Source of the DNA: Nitrospirota bacterium
GTDB taxonomy: Bacteria > Nitrospirota > UBA9217
DNA length: 48,024 nt
Reading direction: 5' to 3'
Assembly: GCA_029858565.1 (NCBI GenBank)
Contig: JAOUEV010000024.1
Coordinates: 1-48,024, forward strand
Shown here: positions 39,521-48,024 of the stretch, in pieces
Position numbering within the stretch: the stretch's first letter is position 1
Layout: each line of letters starts with the position of its first letter
Translations under genes and position numbers: made by a program
The notes under the pieces: model-generated
Databases searched by the model: none
What the model saw: only the letters and a program-made list of their open reading frames with translations
What the model was told of the DNA's origin: nothing

Positions 39521-39964
39521 ATGGATAAGCGGCTGGAGAGGGAAATCGACCGGCAGGTCGAGAACTATCGGCGTGCGATGCTCTATCTTGCCAGAACGTG
39601 CGACTGGGACGAGTTCAAGACGCGGGCAGGAGGATTGTTCGATTATCTTGAGCAGGTGGAAGCGCTGGTACGGGAACGGAAATTCTTTCAGACATTTTTT
39701 ACCATTCTTGCATTTCTGGTCGTTGCCGCGCTGCTCATCACCGGCTGGGATCCCGGGGATGATCCCGCGTTGCAGCGATTTAAGCAGAATCTGTTGCTCA
39801 TGGCGCTCGCGGCGTCGAGCTTTGAGCTCTTCTTTTATATAAATTTCCGCAAATATGTCGAGATCCGGGCATCGCTGGTCAGCGCTCGTCGGGAGGCCTT
39901 CATCAGGAACATGCTGCAGGATTTCCGGAAGTACGCTGAACAGCAGATGATGAAGGCGGCGTGA
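39521..39964 (+). CDS. Hypothetical two-TM membrane protein
   Basis: ORF with SD AGGTG; two hydrophobic helices. Confidence 0.7.
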   Translation: MDKRLEREIDRQVENYRRAMLYLARTCDWDEFKTRAGGLFDYLEQVEALVRERKFFQTFFTILAFLVVAALLITGWDPGDDPALQRFKQNLLLMALAASSFELFFYINFRKYVEIRASLVSARREAFIRNMLQDFRKYAEQQMMKAA

Positions 39965-40221
39965 GTGAATCAATAATGCACGCCGCAAGGGTCGCGGAGC
40001 GCGGTCAAGGAAAACAGATGCTTGCTGCTTCTCCGGGAACGCTGTGCGCACTGCCGTAGAAAAGGTCCCGGTCTCCACTTTCCTGCGTTCAAACCATTAC
40101 ACCGCTACGACCGATCTTCTTTTCCCGCACGTGCCTCGATATCCCCTTTGCGATAGAAAACCTTGAACCTGCCGGCACGACTGTAGTATGCTCAGTAGCA
40201 CAGGGGGCAGGTAAGAGCAGA

Positions 40222-40710
40222 ATGACCAAAAGCAGAGCATTCTATTCCAAAGGTATTAAGTTCGCGTGCCAGGGCTGCGGCGCCTGCTGCGCTGCCCGGG
40301 AACATCACACCTACGTCTACCTTTCCTTTGGCGACCGCAAGCGGTTTGCCGCCCGTCTGAAGATCACCACCGCGGAGTTCACCAGGAAATATACCGAGGC
40401 GTCCGACGGCTTCGTGCACCTCAAGGACCCGGAAAAGGACTGCCCCTTTCTGAAGGACAATCGCTGCATCGCCCACGAGGCGCGGCCCTGGCAGTGCCGC
40501 ACCTGGCCTTTCTGGCCCGAGAACATGCACCCCAAGGTCTGGGAGAGGGATGTGGCAGCGTTCTGTCCGGGCATCGGCAAGGGCAGGCTCTATACAGCTG
40601 AAGAGATCGACGAGATCATGGAGCGCAGGATGGAAGTAAAGGGAGAGGGGGATCAGTCCGGAGCTGCTGCTGAGACCGATCTGAAGAAACGGGAGAAACC
40701 GACAAAATAA
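40222..40710 (+). CDS. YkgJ family cysteine-cluster protein
   Basis: FACQGCGACC, CPFL, C..HEARPWQCRTWPFW, CPGIG.G. Confidence 0.9.
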   Translation: MTKSRAFYSKGIKFACQGCGACCAAREHHTYVYLSFGDRKRFAARLKITTAEFTRKYTEASDGFVHLKDPEKDCPFLKDNRCIAHEARPWQCRTWPFWPENMHPKVWERDVAAFCPGIGKGRLYTAEEIDEIMERRMEVKGEGDQSGAAAETDLKKREKPTK

Positions 40711-40815
40711 GGATTAACGGATTACAGGATTAGAGGATTACAGTACCTCATGGTTTCTTAATCCTTCAATCCTCATAATCCCGCCTCTTATTTGCTAATC
40801 CTTCCTTTGAATCCT
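40711..40815. repeat. Inverted tandem-repeat element, 8-mer GGATTANN type
   Basis: GGATTAAC GGATTACA GGATTAGA GGATTACA...TAATCCTT CAATCCTC ATAATCC...TAATCC..GAATCCT; fills the whole ykgJ-aat gap. Confidence 0.85.
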
Positions 40816-41493
40816 ATGCCAGTATTCCGCATCACCAACGATCTTGTCTTTCCCCATCCCGGCCTCGCGGAGGAGGACGGTTTGCTCGCTGTGGGCGGGG
40901 ACCTGTCAACGGAGCGGCTGCTGCTCGCGTACCGCAACGGCATCTTCCCGTGGTACAGCAAGGGCGACCCGATACTGTGGTGGTCGCCGGACCCGCGGTG
41001 CGTGCTCCTTCCGGAGAAGCTGAAGGTCTCGACCCGCCTGCGTCGTACGTTGAACCGCAAGGATCTCACCGTGACCTTTGACCGGTCCTTTAACGAGGTC
41101 ATCAATCACTGCGCCACGGTGAAGCGCACGGGCCAGCGGGGGACGTGGATCACCCAGGAAATGATAGCGGCCTATAAGAAATTGAACCAGGAAGGGTATG
41201 CCCACTCTGTGGAGGTCCTGCTGGACGGAGAGCTTGCGGGCGGTCTTTATGGCGTGTCAGTAGGCAAGGTGTTCTGCGGGGAATCCATGTTCTCGCTCCG
41301 GCCGGACGCGTCCAAGATCGCGCTGGTCCACCTGGCAGCGCGGCTTCGGGAGTGGAAATTTCCGATCATTGACTGCCAGGTGACGAATCCCTATCTGCTC
41401 AGCATGGGCGCTGAGGAGATCAGCAGAGCCTCTTTCCTCGAACAGGTGCGAAAACTCGGGGGACAGAAAGGGCATGTCGGACCGTGGGAATGA
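40816..41493 (+). CDS. aat: Leucyl/phenylalanyl-tRNA-protein transferase
   Basis: GLLAVGGDL, GIFPW, WWSPDPR, GTWI, AHSVE, GESMFS, ASK.A, DCQ. Confidence 0.95.
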   Translation: MPVFRITNDLVFPHPGLAEEDGLLAVGGDLSTERLLLAYRNGIFPWYSKGDPILWWSPDPRCVLLPEKLKVSTRLRRTLNRKDLTVTFDRSFNEVINHCATVKRTGQRGTWITQEMIAAYKKLNQEGYAHSVEVLLDGELAGGLYGVSVGKVFCGESMFSLRPDASKIALVHLAARLREWKFPIIDCQVTNPYLLSMGAEEISRASFLEQVRKLGGQKGHVGPWE

Positions 41494-41631
41494 TCGCGGG
41501 AGCTTTTTTGCCGCATTGGTCGGAAATGCCGCGGGTTGATGTGCGAGGGAGCATTCATGTTGCCCTTGGCAACAATTAATTCTGTGATACCTGCCGTTTA
41601 CTGGTTTTTTGCCGCAGGGGTATGTGGTACA

Positions 41632-41901
41632 ATGCACCCGTTATCGCGAGCAGGCCTGGAGATCACGTTCCTGATAACGCTGCTCTTCAATTAATCCCAA
41701 GAACGCGTCACCGGTGGTATTCAGCCACGAGATCCACGTGAAGTCCAGGGGCATCAAGTGCACTGCCTGCCACTACCAGATCTTCCAGATGTCCAAGGGA
41801 TCGAGCAAGATCGACATGTCGATGATCACCAAGGGAACTTCTGCGGCAACTGCCACAATGGCCAGAAATCCTTTGACGTGAAGGATCCGAAGAACTGCTG
41901 A
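41632..41901 (+). pseudogene. Degraded c7-type triheme cytochrome gene
   Basis: Signal-like MHPLSRAG..LLFN*, then VVFSHEIH..CTACH..IF.M, a frameshift, FCGNCHNG.KSF..NC* truncated before the third CxxCH is complete. Confidence 0.8.
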
Positions 41902-41909
41902 GGCAAGCC

Positions 41910-42275
41910 ATGAAAACCAGAAAGAACATCATTGTCGTCGGCGACCGGGTGCTGATCGAACTGGACGAGCGCATGGACAAGACATCGTCGGGGCTCTATC
42001 TCCCTCCCACGGTCAAGGAGAAGGAAAAGGTCCAGGGCGGACATGTGGTCAAGACCGGGCCGGGGTATGCGATCCCGGAGACCACGCCGGACGAGGCATG
42101 GAAGACCGGCAAAAAGGAAGTGAAATATCTTCCGCTCCAGGCGGCCGAGGGCGACTACGCGCTCTTTTTGAAGGACTCGGCCATGGAGATCGAGTTCGAG
42201 GACAAGAAATATCTCATTGTTCCTCATTCGGCAATTCTGGCACTCGTCCGGACCGAGCTTTCCGACGAAGTCTGA
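41910..42275 (+). CDS. Co-chaperone GroES family protein (orphan)
   Basis: GDRVLI, KTSSGLYLP, G.VV..GPG, GD, EIEFE.KKYLIV....IL. Confidence 0.85.
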   Translation: MKTRKNIIVVGDRVLIELDERMDKTSSGLYLPPTVKEKEKVQGGHVVKTGPGYAIPETTPDEAWKTGKKEVKYLPLQAAEGDYALFLKDSAMEIEFEDKKYLIVPHSAILALVRTELSDEV

Positions 42276-42445
42276 TGGCCTGTCCCACTACGTATCTATG
42301 GCTGGCAGCCCCGGCTGCTGATATCCGGCCTTTCCGGTCGCTCATCCGCAAACAATCGTTTTGCTGAAAAGGGTGCTATTATAGAAGTGTACGCTATATG
42401 CGGTGACCGCTGGATGTCCGTTGCCGCCCGGAGGGGGCTCGGTTC

Positions 42446-42973
42446 ATGAAACGGGTATGCGCCTGGTGCAGAAAGGACCTGGGATCAGTGGAATCGGAAA
42501 ACCATTCTGCCGACACCGTGAGCCATGGGATCTGTTCCGACTGTTCGAGCATGCTCAGGCCGCAGTTCGGAATGTCCATTGACAGATATATCGATACGCT
42601 TCCGGTGCCGGTCCTGGCCACGGAAGTGTATAATGGCCGCATCATCGTCAAGGCTGCGAACGAACCGGCGTGCAAGGCCGTGGGCAAGGAGCTCCGTGAG
42701 GTTGTCCAGCATCTTGCCGGGAATGTGTTCGAGTGCGATCATGCACGCCTGCCCGAAGGGTGCGGGCGGACCATGCATTGCTCGGGCTGCGCTATCCGGC
42801 GCTCGGTCATGACGACCTTCGAGACCGGCGAGCCGCAGGGCATGGTCCCGGCGACGCTCTCACGCTTCGCTCCTGACGCGCCGACGGTCGTGGCCATGAC
42901 CATCACGACCGTAAAGATCGGGGACCTGGTCGTGCTGCGGGTCGACCGCATGGGACCGGAAGGACCGGCTTGA
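42446..42973 (+). CDS. Cys-rich hypothetical protein with PAS-like region (paralog A)
   Basis: CAWC, HGICSDC, C-x8-C-x5-CSGC. Confidence 0.75.
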   Translation: MKRVCAWCRKDLGSVESENHSADTVSHGICSDCSSMLRPQFGMSIDRYIDTLPVPVLATEVYNGRIIVKAANEPACKAVGKELREVVQHLAGNVFECDHARLPEGCGRTMHCSGCAIRRSVMTTFETGEPQGMVPATLSRFAPDAPTVVAMTITTVKIGDLVVLRVDRMGPEGPA

Positions 42974-43003
42974 AGCACACGAGGGCCATCAGGGAGCGAC
43001 AGC

Positions 43004-43522
43004 ATGCTTATCATTGTCAATGACACGCCCCGCGCAGGGTCCTATCTGCTTGCCGTGGTCCGGCTGAGCAGCAAGCCGCTCCTGATCATGGCGGCGACGG
43101 TCCTGGTCGTGCCTGCGCTGTTGTTCCTGCTCCTTGCCTCGATGGTGCAGACCGACATGCTCTTTCTCGGGAGCAGGAAGCTCTGGCTCTGGCTGGCCGG
43201 GCTCACGCCGTTCCTGCTCGCGTCGGTGATAGCGGCCACGGTCTCGGGCAGCGTATGGGGCCAGTGGCGAAAGTCGCCGCAGTTGAACGAACCGCGCACC
43301 CTGGTGTTCTCCGACGAGGGCATGGTGGTGATCGGCAAGACCTACGCGGTCAGAAGCTCCTGGTCCGATATCGCGGGCGGTGAGGTCTGGGCCGGTCAGT
43401 TGCTCTTCAGGACGGTGCAGGGAGCAGTGCATGTGCTGTCGCTCCGTTCGATCGGGAGCGGGGAACAGACGCGGAAATTGTTCGAACTGCTACGGTCCGT
43501 GCTCGGCGTCCGGTTCCGATAA
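43004..43522 (+). CDS. YcxB-like membrane protein
   Basis: Two TM helices, then FSDEG.......W.DI pattern. Confidence 0.55.
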   Translation: MLIIVNDTPRAGSYLLAVVRLSSKPLLIMAATVLVVPALLFLLLASMVQTDMLFLGSRKLWLWLAGLTPFLLASVIAATVSGSVWGQWRKSPQLNEPRTLVFSDEGMVVIGKTYAVRSSWSDIAGGEVWAGQLLFRTVQGAVHVLSLRSIGSGEQTRKLFELLRSVLGVRFR

Positions 43523-43565
43523 GACGGTCAGGCGGCGCGCAGGTGATACAGCGCCGGGGGACTTC

Positions 43566-43940
43566 ATGGAACTAAAACGTACACCGGTCGAGGAACTGGT
43601 CTTCACGGTCGCCGGATTCGAGGCGATCATGGGCGAAGCTGGCTTCGCCCTCGGCCAGTCCGATCCCCAGGCCATACGCGACCTGTCCTATCGTGCCCGC
43701 TATTTGCGGATGAGCAGCGGCCCGGAGCCCCGCTTGTACGCCTATCTGGAATACTATCTCGCGGCCCGCGCGTTCAGCCTGAAGATCAGTCCCGCGCCGG
43801 AGGACGGAAATGAACCCTACCGTTTTCTGGTGAAGAACCACAAGGGTAGCCTGAAGGAGCTGCTGGAAGGGTATTTCGCAGCGGTCCGGAACGGCGCCCT
43901 CCATCACCACGCGGGCCCTTCGGGTCCCCGGGCACGATGA
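43566..43940 (+). CDS. Hypothetical protein
   Basis: ATG 43566 after GGGGG; typical GC3 codon use. Confidence 0.6.
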   Translation: MELKRTPVEELVFTVAGFEAIMGEAGFALGQSDPQAIRDLSYRARYLRMSSGPEPRLYAYLEYYLAARAFSLKISPAPEDGNEPYRFLVKNHKGSLKELLEGYFAAVRNGALHHHAGPSGPRAR

Positions 43941-44058
43941 TGAACCGGACCATCAGCGCAGTCCTGGCGTCCATTCTCTTCTTTGCCGCGCCCGCCGGCC
44001 CGTTCAGGGAGCGATCGGGACGTCGACGACTAATTGCGGCGTCGGAAGGAGCTTTCCT

Positions 44059-45567
44059 ATGGCAAACGGCAAGGCATTCCAGGTGTTCCGCGAGAGCATC
44101 AGCCTGAAGTTGCTGGCTATCGTGGCCGCTGTCTGCGCGGTCGGCATCCTCGGTTCGAGCTTCGCGATCACGGGCAAGACAAAGGCGGAGCTGCGGGCGT
44201 CCCTGACCTCGAAGGGGCAGGGGTTTGCCGCGTTCCTTGCCGAGGTCATGAAGGAACCGCTGCGCGCTGATGATCGGCAGAAGCTCGATATGATCGCGCG
44301 CCGGACCGTGCAGGACCGCGACGTGCTGTTCGCCGGGGTCCAGGACCGGAACAATGCGTTCATGACATCGGCCGATGCGTCCATCGGCATGCTGCCCGAG
44401 GAGATCCGCTCCCGCGTGTCCGCGCTTTCGCGGGACGGCTCCCTGCAGGCCACTGTTGATGCGCTGCAGGCGCAGGACGGGGTGATCATGCTGAAAGCGC
44501 CGTTGGAACACGATGGCCAGCGGATCGGGACCATCGTGATCGGCATGTCCGAAGCGGCCATGCGTTCACGGATCAGCGCGACCATCCTCTTTGTCTTTGT
44601 CGTGAACATGATCACCGGCGCCTTCGTCGGCGGGGCGATCTTCTTCGCATCCCGGCGCCTCATCGTGCGGCCCATCACCGCGCTGACCGGCGTTGCGGAG
44701 CGGATCGCCCGGGGAGATCTTACCGTGACCATCAGCGCGGAAAGCGAGGATGAGACGGGGAAATTGACCGACGTCATGGGAGTCATGGCGGACCGGATCG
44801 ACGACGTGGTCTCCGACGTGAAGAGCACGGCTCAGGTCCTCGCGTCGGAGAGCAGCCAGATCGCCGAGAGCGCGGCGCAGATGAGCCAGGGCGCGACAAC
44901 GCAGGCGGCATCGGCGGAGGAAGCCTCGGCCTCGATCGAGCAGATGGCGGCCACGATCAGGCAGAACGCGGAGAATTCCCGGGAGACGGAGAAGATCGCG
45001 GCCAAGGCCGCGGAAGACGCTTCGGACGGCCGCAGGTCGGTCTCCAACGCGGTCCTTGCCATGCGGCAGATCGCCGAAAAGATCACGGTCATTGAGGAGA
45101 TCGCGCGGCAGACGAACCTTCTCGCCCTGAACGCGGCGATCGAGGCGGCCCGCGCCGGCGACCTGGGCAAGGGGTTCGCCGTGGTCGCCGCCGAGGTCCG
45201 CAAACTGGCCGAGCGGAGCCGCATGGCGGCAGCGGAGATCGGGGAAATATCAACGACCAGTGTTGAGGTGGCGGAGATGGCCGGAGAGATGCTGGACAAG
45301 CTCGTACCGGACATCCAGCGGACCGCGGACATGGTGCAGGAGATCAGCGCAGCCTGCGGGGAGCAGGCGACGGGTGTGGACCAGATCAGCGAATCAATCC
45401 TGCAGCTGAACGAGGTGGTGCAGCAGAACGCCGGGGCGGCCGAGGAGCTGTCGTCGTCGTCCGAGGAACTTGCGGCACAGGCGGATCAGCTGCGGCAGGC
45501 GATCTCCTACTTCATCGTCAAAGGAAGTACAGCGCCCGGGGTGGCCAAACCGGAGCCGCGGACCTGA
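44059..45567 (+). CDS. Methyl-accepting chemotaxis protein
   Basis: Two [43 protein letters not shown]. Confidence 0.95.
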   Translation: MANGKAFQVFRESISLKLLAIVAAVCAVGILGSSFAITGKTKAELRASLTSKGQGFAAFLAEVMKEPLRADDRQKLDMIARRTVQDRDVLFAGVQDRNNAFMTSADASIGMLPEEIRSRVSALSRDGSLQATVDALQAQDGVIMLKAPLEHDGQRIGTIVIGMSEAAMRSRISATILFVFVVNMITGAFVGGAIFFASRRLIVRPITALTGVAERIARGDLTVTISAESEDETGKLTDVMGVMADRIDDVVSDVKSTAQVLASESSQIAESAAQMSQGATTQAASAEEASASIEQMAATIRQNAENSRETEKIAAKAAEDASDGRRSVSNAVLAMRQIAEKITVIEEIARQTNLLALNAAIEAARAGDLGKGFAVVAAEVRKLAERSRMAAAEIGEISTTSVEVAEMAGEMLDKLVPDIQRTADMVQEISAACGEQATGVDQISESILQLNEVVQQNAGAAEELSSSSEELAAQADQLRQAISYFIVKGSTAPGVAKPEPRT

Positions 45568-45588
45568 AGGTCTGACAGGAGCACGGGG

Positions 45589-46107
45589 ATGGACGTTCAA
45601 GACGACGAAAAACAGAGCTGCTCATGGTGCGGTGAGGACCTGGACACGATCGAGATCGGCATCGATATCGATCAGAGGTTCAGCCAGGGGATCTGCAAGA
45701 GGTGTATCGACCACTTCCTCTTCCAGAAAGGCGTTCCCCTGCGGCAGTATCTTGACAGCCTTCCCTGGCCGGTGCTGGTGGTGGACGGTGACGCGGTCGT
45801 GCAAATGGCGAACGCTCAGGCGCGCGACATGCTCGGCAAGAAGGACTTTGAAACGGAAGAGCAAACAAGCGGCTTGGTATTCGAATGCGCTCATGCCCGA
45901 TTGCCCGGCGGATGCGGGCGGTCCGTGCATTGCTCGGGGTGCACCATCAGGATGTCGATCAAGAGGACCTGGGAGACCGGCGAACCGCTGAACAAGGTCC
46001 CGGCCACACTGACCACCTCGGACCCTGAGGCGCCCGCGAAAGTGGATTTGCTGATCACGACCTACAAGGCGGGAGACATGGTGATGTTGCGGGTGGACCG
46101 GCTCTGA
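45589..46107 (+). CDS. Cys-rich hypothetical protein with PAS-like region (paralog B)
   Basis: CSWC, QGICKRC, LDSLP.PVLVVD......AN, C-x8-C-x5-CSGC. Confidence 0.75.
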   Translation: MDVQDDEKQSCSWCGEDLDTIEIGIDIDQRFSQGICKRCIDHFLFQKGVPLRQYLDSLPWPVLVVDGDAVVQMANAQARDMLGKKDFETEEQTSGLVFECAHARLPGGCGRSVHCSGCTIRMSIKRTWETGEPLNKVPATLTTSDPEAPAKVDLLITTYKAGDMVMLRVDRL

Positions 46108-46168
46108 TGAGCCGGCGCCGCATGTCCGGTCTGTCTTTTTGAACAGCACGGGAAAGGAACGCGTGACC

Positions 46169-46888
46169 ATGGAGCGATTCTCAAAGCAGGACGTCCTGAT
46201 GACCGCGGCCGGGAGCGGCGACGCGACGAACGCGGACCTGTCGGGGATCAACCTGAGCAACACCGAACTCGTCGGCGTCCGCTTCAACGGCTCGAACCTT
46301 TCGGGCGCTAACCTGTCCGGCGCCAACCTGAGCGGAGCGACCTTCCTGAACTGCGCGCTTTCCGGCATCAATCTGGGAAGCGCCAACTGCACGGGAGCGT
46401 CCTTCCGCGGCGCAGATCTCACCAAGGCGGACCTCACCTTTTCCGTGCTGACCGGAGCCGACCTCACCGCGGCGGTCCTGCGGAACGCGGATATGACGAA
46501 CGCCCGGACAACGGCCGCCTGCTTCGAACAGGCCGATCTGACCGAGGCGAACCTGCAGATGACCGACGGCGGCATGACACGGTTCCGCGGAGCGCGGATG
46601 GCGCGGGCCAACTTTCGCGGCGCCAGCATGATCGCCGCGGACCTTTCAGCGTGCGACCTGAGCCGGGCAAAACTGTACGGCACTGACCTTTCCGCGGCGA
46701 ACCTGAGGGGAGCAACGCTCGAAGGCGCCGACATCCTGGACGCCACTTTCATCGCGGCGGACCTCACGGAGGTCAATCTGATCAGCGCCCGGGTCCGGCG
46801 CGCAGACATGACGCGCGCGCAGCTCAGCGGCCTCAAGTACGACGACAGTCTGCAGGAAACGATCGCGCGGTACGACAGAAAAAAATGA
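46169..46888 (+). CDS. Pentapeptide repeat protein
   Basis: Long run of A(D/N)L(S/T)x repeats; SD GGAAAGGA. Confidence 0.92.
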   Translation: MERFSKQDVLMTAAGSGDATNADLSGINLSNTELVGVRFNGSNLSGANLSGANLSGATFLNCALSGINLGSANCTGASFRGADLTKADLTFSVLTGADLTAAVLRNADMTNARTTAACFEQADLTEANLQMTDGGMTRFRGARMARANFRGASMIAADLSACDLSRAKLYGTDLSAANLRGATLEGADILDATFIAADLTEVNLISARVRRADMTRAQLSGLKYDDSLQETIARYDRKK

Positions 46889-47101
46889 CCCTGTGGTATG
46901 CGGCCGCAGTTGCATGGAATTTCCGGTCACGATGCGGGCGGCACCGGCTGCTCACGACCGGTGAGGAACGAATCCAGGCTGCCTGTGGAGCGGCAGATTG
47001 ATTTCCCGGCCCTCTTCTGCTACTTTATGCGTGGCGATGACACGGGAACAGTGCGGAGTGATCATCGCTATCACCTGGTCTTTCTTCTGAAAGGGGTTCT
47101 C

Positions 47102-47335
47102 ATGGCAGGCATCATAATCCGTAAACCCGTTGTAGGCTTTGCATCGGGTACCATCATAGGCCTTCTCGGTCTGCTCCTGGTCCAGATGGACAGTGCTCCG
47201 GCCGCGGCAACGGGCATCGTCCGCTGGATGTTCAAGATCGCGGGCTGGTTCATGCTCTTTGTCGGCGCAGGTTCCTATGTAACAGCCCTGTACGGCATTT
47301 GGCAAGGCCGGAACAGAAGATCGCAGAACAACTGA
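47102..47335 (+). CDS. Small two-TM hypothetical protein
   Basis: SD AAGGGG; two hydrophobic segments. Confidence 0.55.
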   Translation: MAGIIIRKPVVGFASGTIIGLLGLLLVQMDSAPAAATGIVRWMFKIAGWFMLFVGAGSYVTALYGIWQGRNRRSQNN

Positions 47336-47350
47336 AAACAGCGCCCCCGG

Positions 47351-47392
47351 CCTAGGAAGTTCTTCCTAGGAACAAATACCCCGGAACCTAGG
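47351..47392. promoter_or_regulatory. Putative transcription-factor operator (CCTAGG x3)
   Basis: CCTAGGAA-GTTC-TTCCTAGG palindrome plus a direct repeat 22 bp further on. Confidence 0.5.
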
Positions 47393-47472
47393 AACGAATG
47401 CCGATTTCCCTTTTTCCTGCTGCGCGGTATGGTTAGGTCAGAAAGAAAGAACAGAACAGCGGGAAGGAGGGA

Positions 47473-47847
47473 ATGGACATGTTGACAAAAGGCGGACATA
47501 AGGCGGCGGCAGGAACCTACTGGAACATGGAGAATGGCGAACGGATCGACCTTGAACAGGAGGGGACGCTTCCGGGGAAGGCAAGCACGACCTATATCAA
47601 GGCGCCCGGCGCCCTGGTGCTCGTAGCGGGTCCGTTCCTCGGCCTGGTCTTCGCGGTATTCCTTCCCTTCATAGGTATCGTGATGTTCATGTCCTTCCTT
47701 GGCGGAAAGATCATCGAAGCCATGGCGAACGCGGCAGCCGGCGTCGTGACTTTCGGCTGGCGCCCGATCGAAGCATATCTGACGGGCAGAAAAGGCAAAA
47801 AGACCGATAGGCCGCGGAAGAGCAACAGGGACACGCACAAGCGGTAA
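47473..47847 (+). CDS. Hypothetical membrane protein
   Basis: SD AAGGAGG; GTYWN N-terminal domain, GPFLGLVF..FLPFIGI TM hairpin, GWRP.EAYL.G. Confidence 0.75.
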   Translation: MDMLTKGGHKAAAGTYWNMENGERIDLEQEGTLPGKASTTYIKAPGALVLVAGPFLGLVFAVFLPFIGIVMFMSFLGGKIIEAMANAAAGVVTFGWRPIEAYLTGRKGKKTDRPRKSNRDTHKR

Positions 47848-47872
47848 AAGTGATCCGGATGAACGATCGTGG

Positions 47873-47904
47873 AGCGGGACAGCAAATGCTGCCCCGCTTT
47901 TTTT
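47873..47904 (+). terminator. Intrinsic terminator (intron target)
   Basis: AGCGGGACAGCA-AA-TGCTGCCCCGCT followed by a T run. Confidence 0.85.
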
Positions 47905-47907
47905 GTG

Positions 47908-48024
47908 GTGCGCCCAGCATGGGCGCACTCCTATGGGTGCAAGTCCCATCGTAAGTTGATCACGACGAACGAAGCGAAGCGCAACTGCATGAGGGCGACC
48001 GAGTGTGGGAAGGAAGCGCAGAGC
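47908..48024 (+). mobile_element. Group II intron class IIC, 5' end (truncated by window)
   Basis: GTGCGCCCAGCATGGGCGCA 5' end, GGGTGCAAGTCCC stem and GAAGGAAGC, 3 nt after the terminator U tract. Confidence 0.88.

Noticed and set aside
41899-41901. TGA after Cys in the cytochrome remnant as selenocysteine
   Set aside because: Readthrough gives CUGKP*, does not restore CxxCH, and upstream frameshifts already break the gene
46169-46888. 15-bp periodicity as a DNA repeat element
   Set aside because: Explained by pentapeptide-repeat coding

Overview
GC-rich bacterial chromosomal segment; gene content and order suggest Nitrospirota or a deltaproteobacteria-like lineage (inference only). Most of it is housekeeping: DUF438/PAS protein, panE, htpG, hisC-B-H-A-(vanZ)-F, csp, hybrid histidine kinase, rho-rpmE-DUF1385-prfA-prmC-murA-hisD-hisG, livKHMGF-acuB, malic enzyme-fumC-sdhCAB, gdhA and aat. 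The accessory tail holds a c7-cytochrome pseudogene, an orphan GroES, two paralogous Cys-rich proteins, an MCP and a pentapeptide protein, and the window ends in the 5' end of a class IIC group II intron inserted after a terminator. The main unexplained signal is a family of about 15 small elements built from short tandem arrays (unit lengths 7, 8, 9, 10 and 11 bp) facing inverted arrays. They sit at gene junctions inside core operons, and one array lies in-frame inside hisF. The 11-mer copy still brackets a 5'-truncated four-helix-bundle gene, suggesting empty and filled states of a repeat-flanked cassette system. Also notable are a perfect spacerless 42-bp palindrome and a long structured 5' leader. 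All calls come from reading the sequence; no searches were run.
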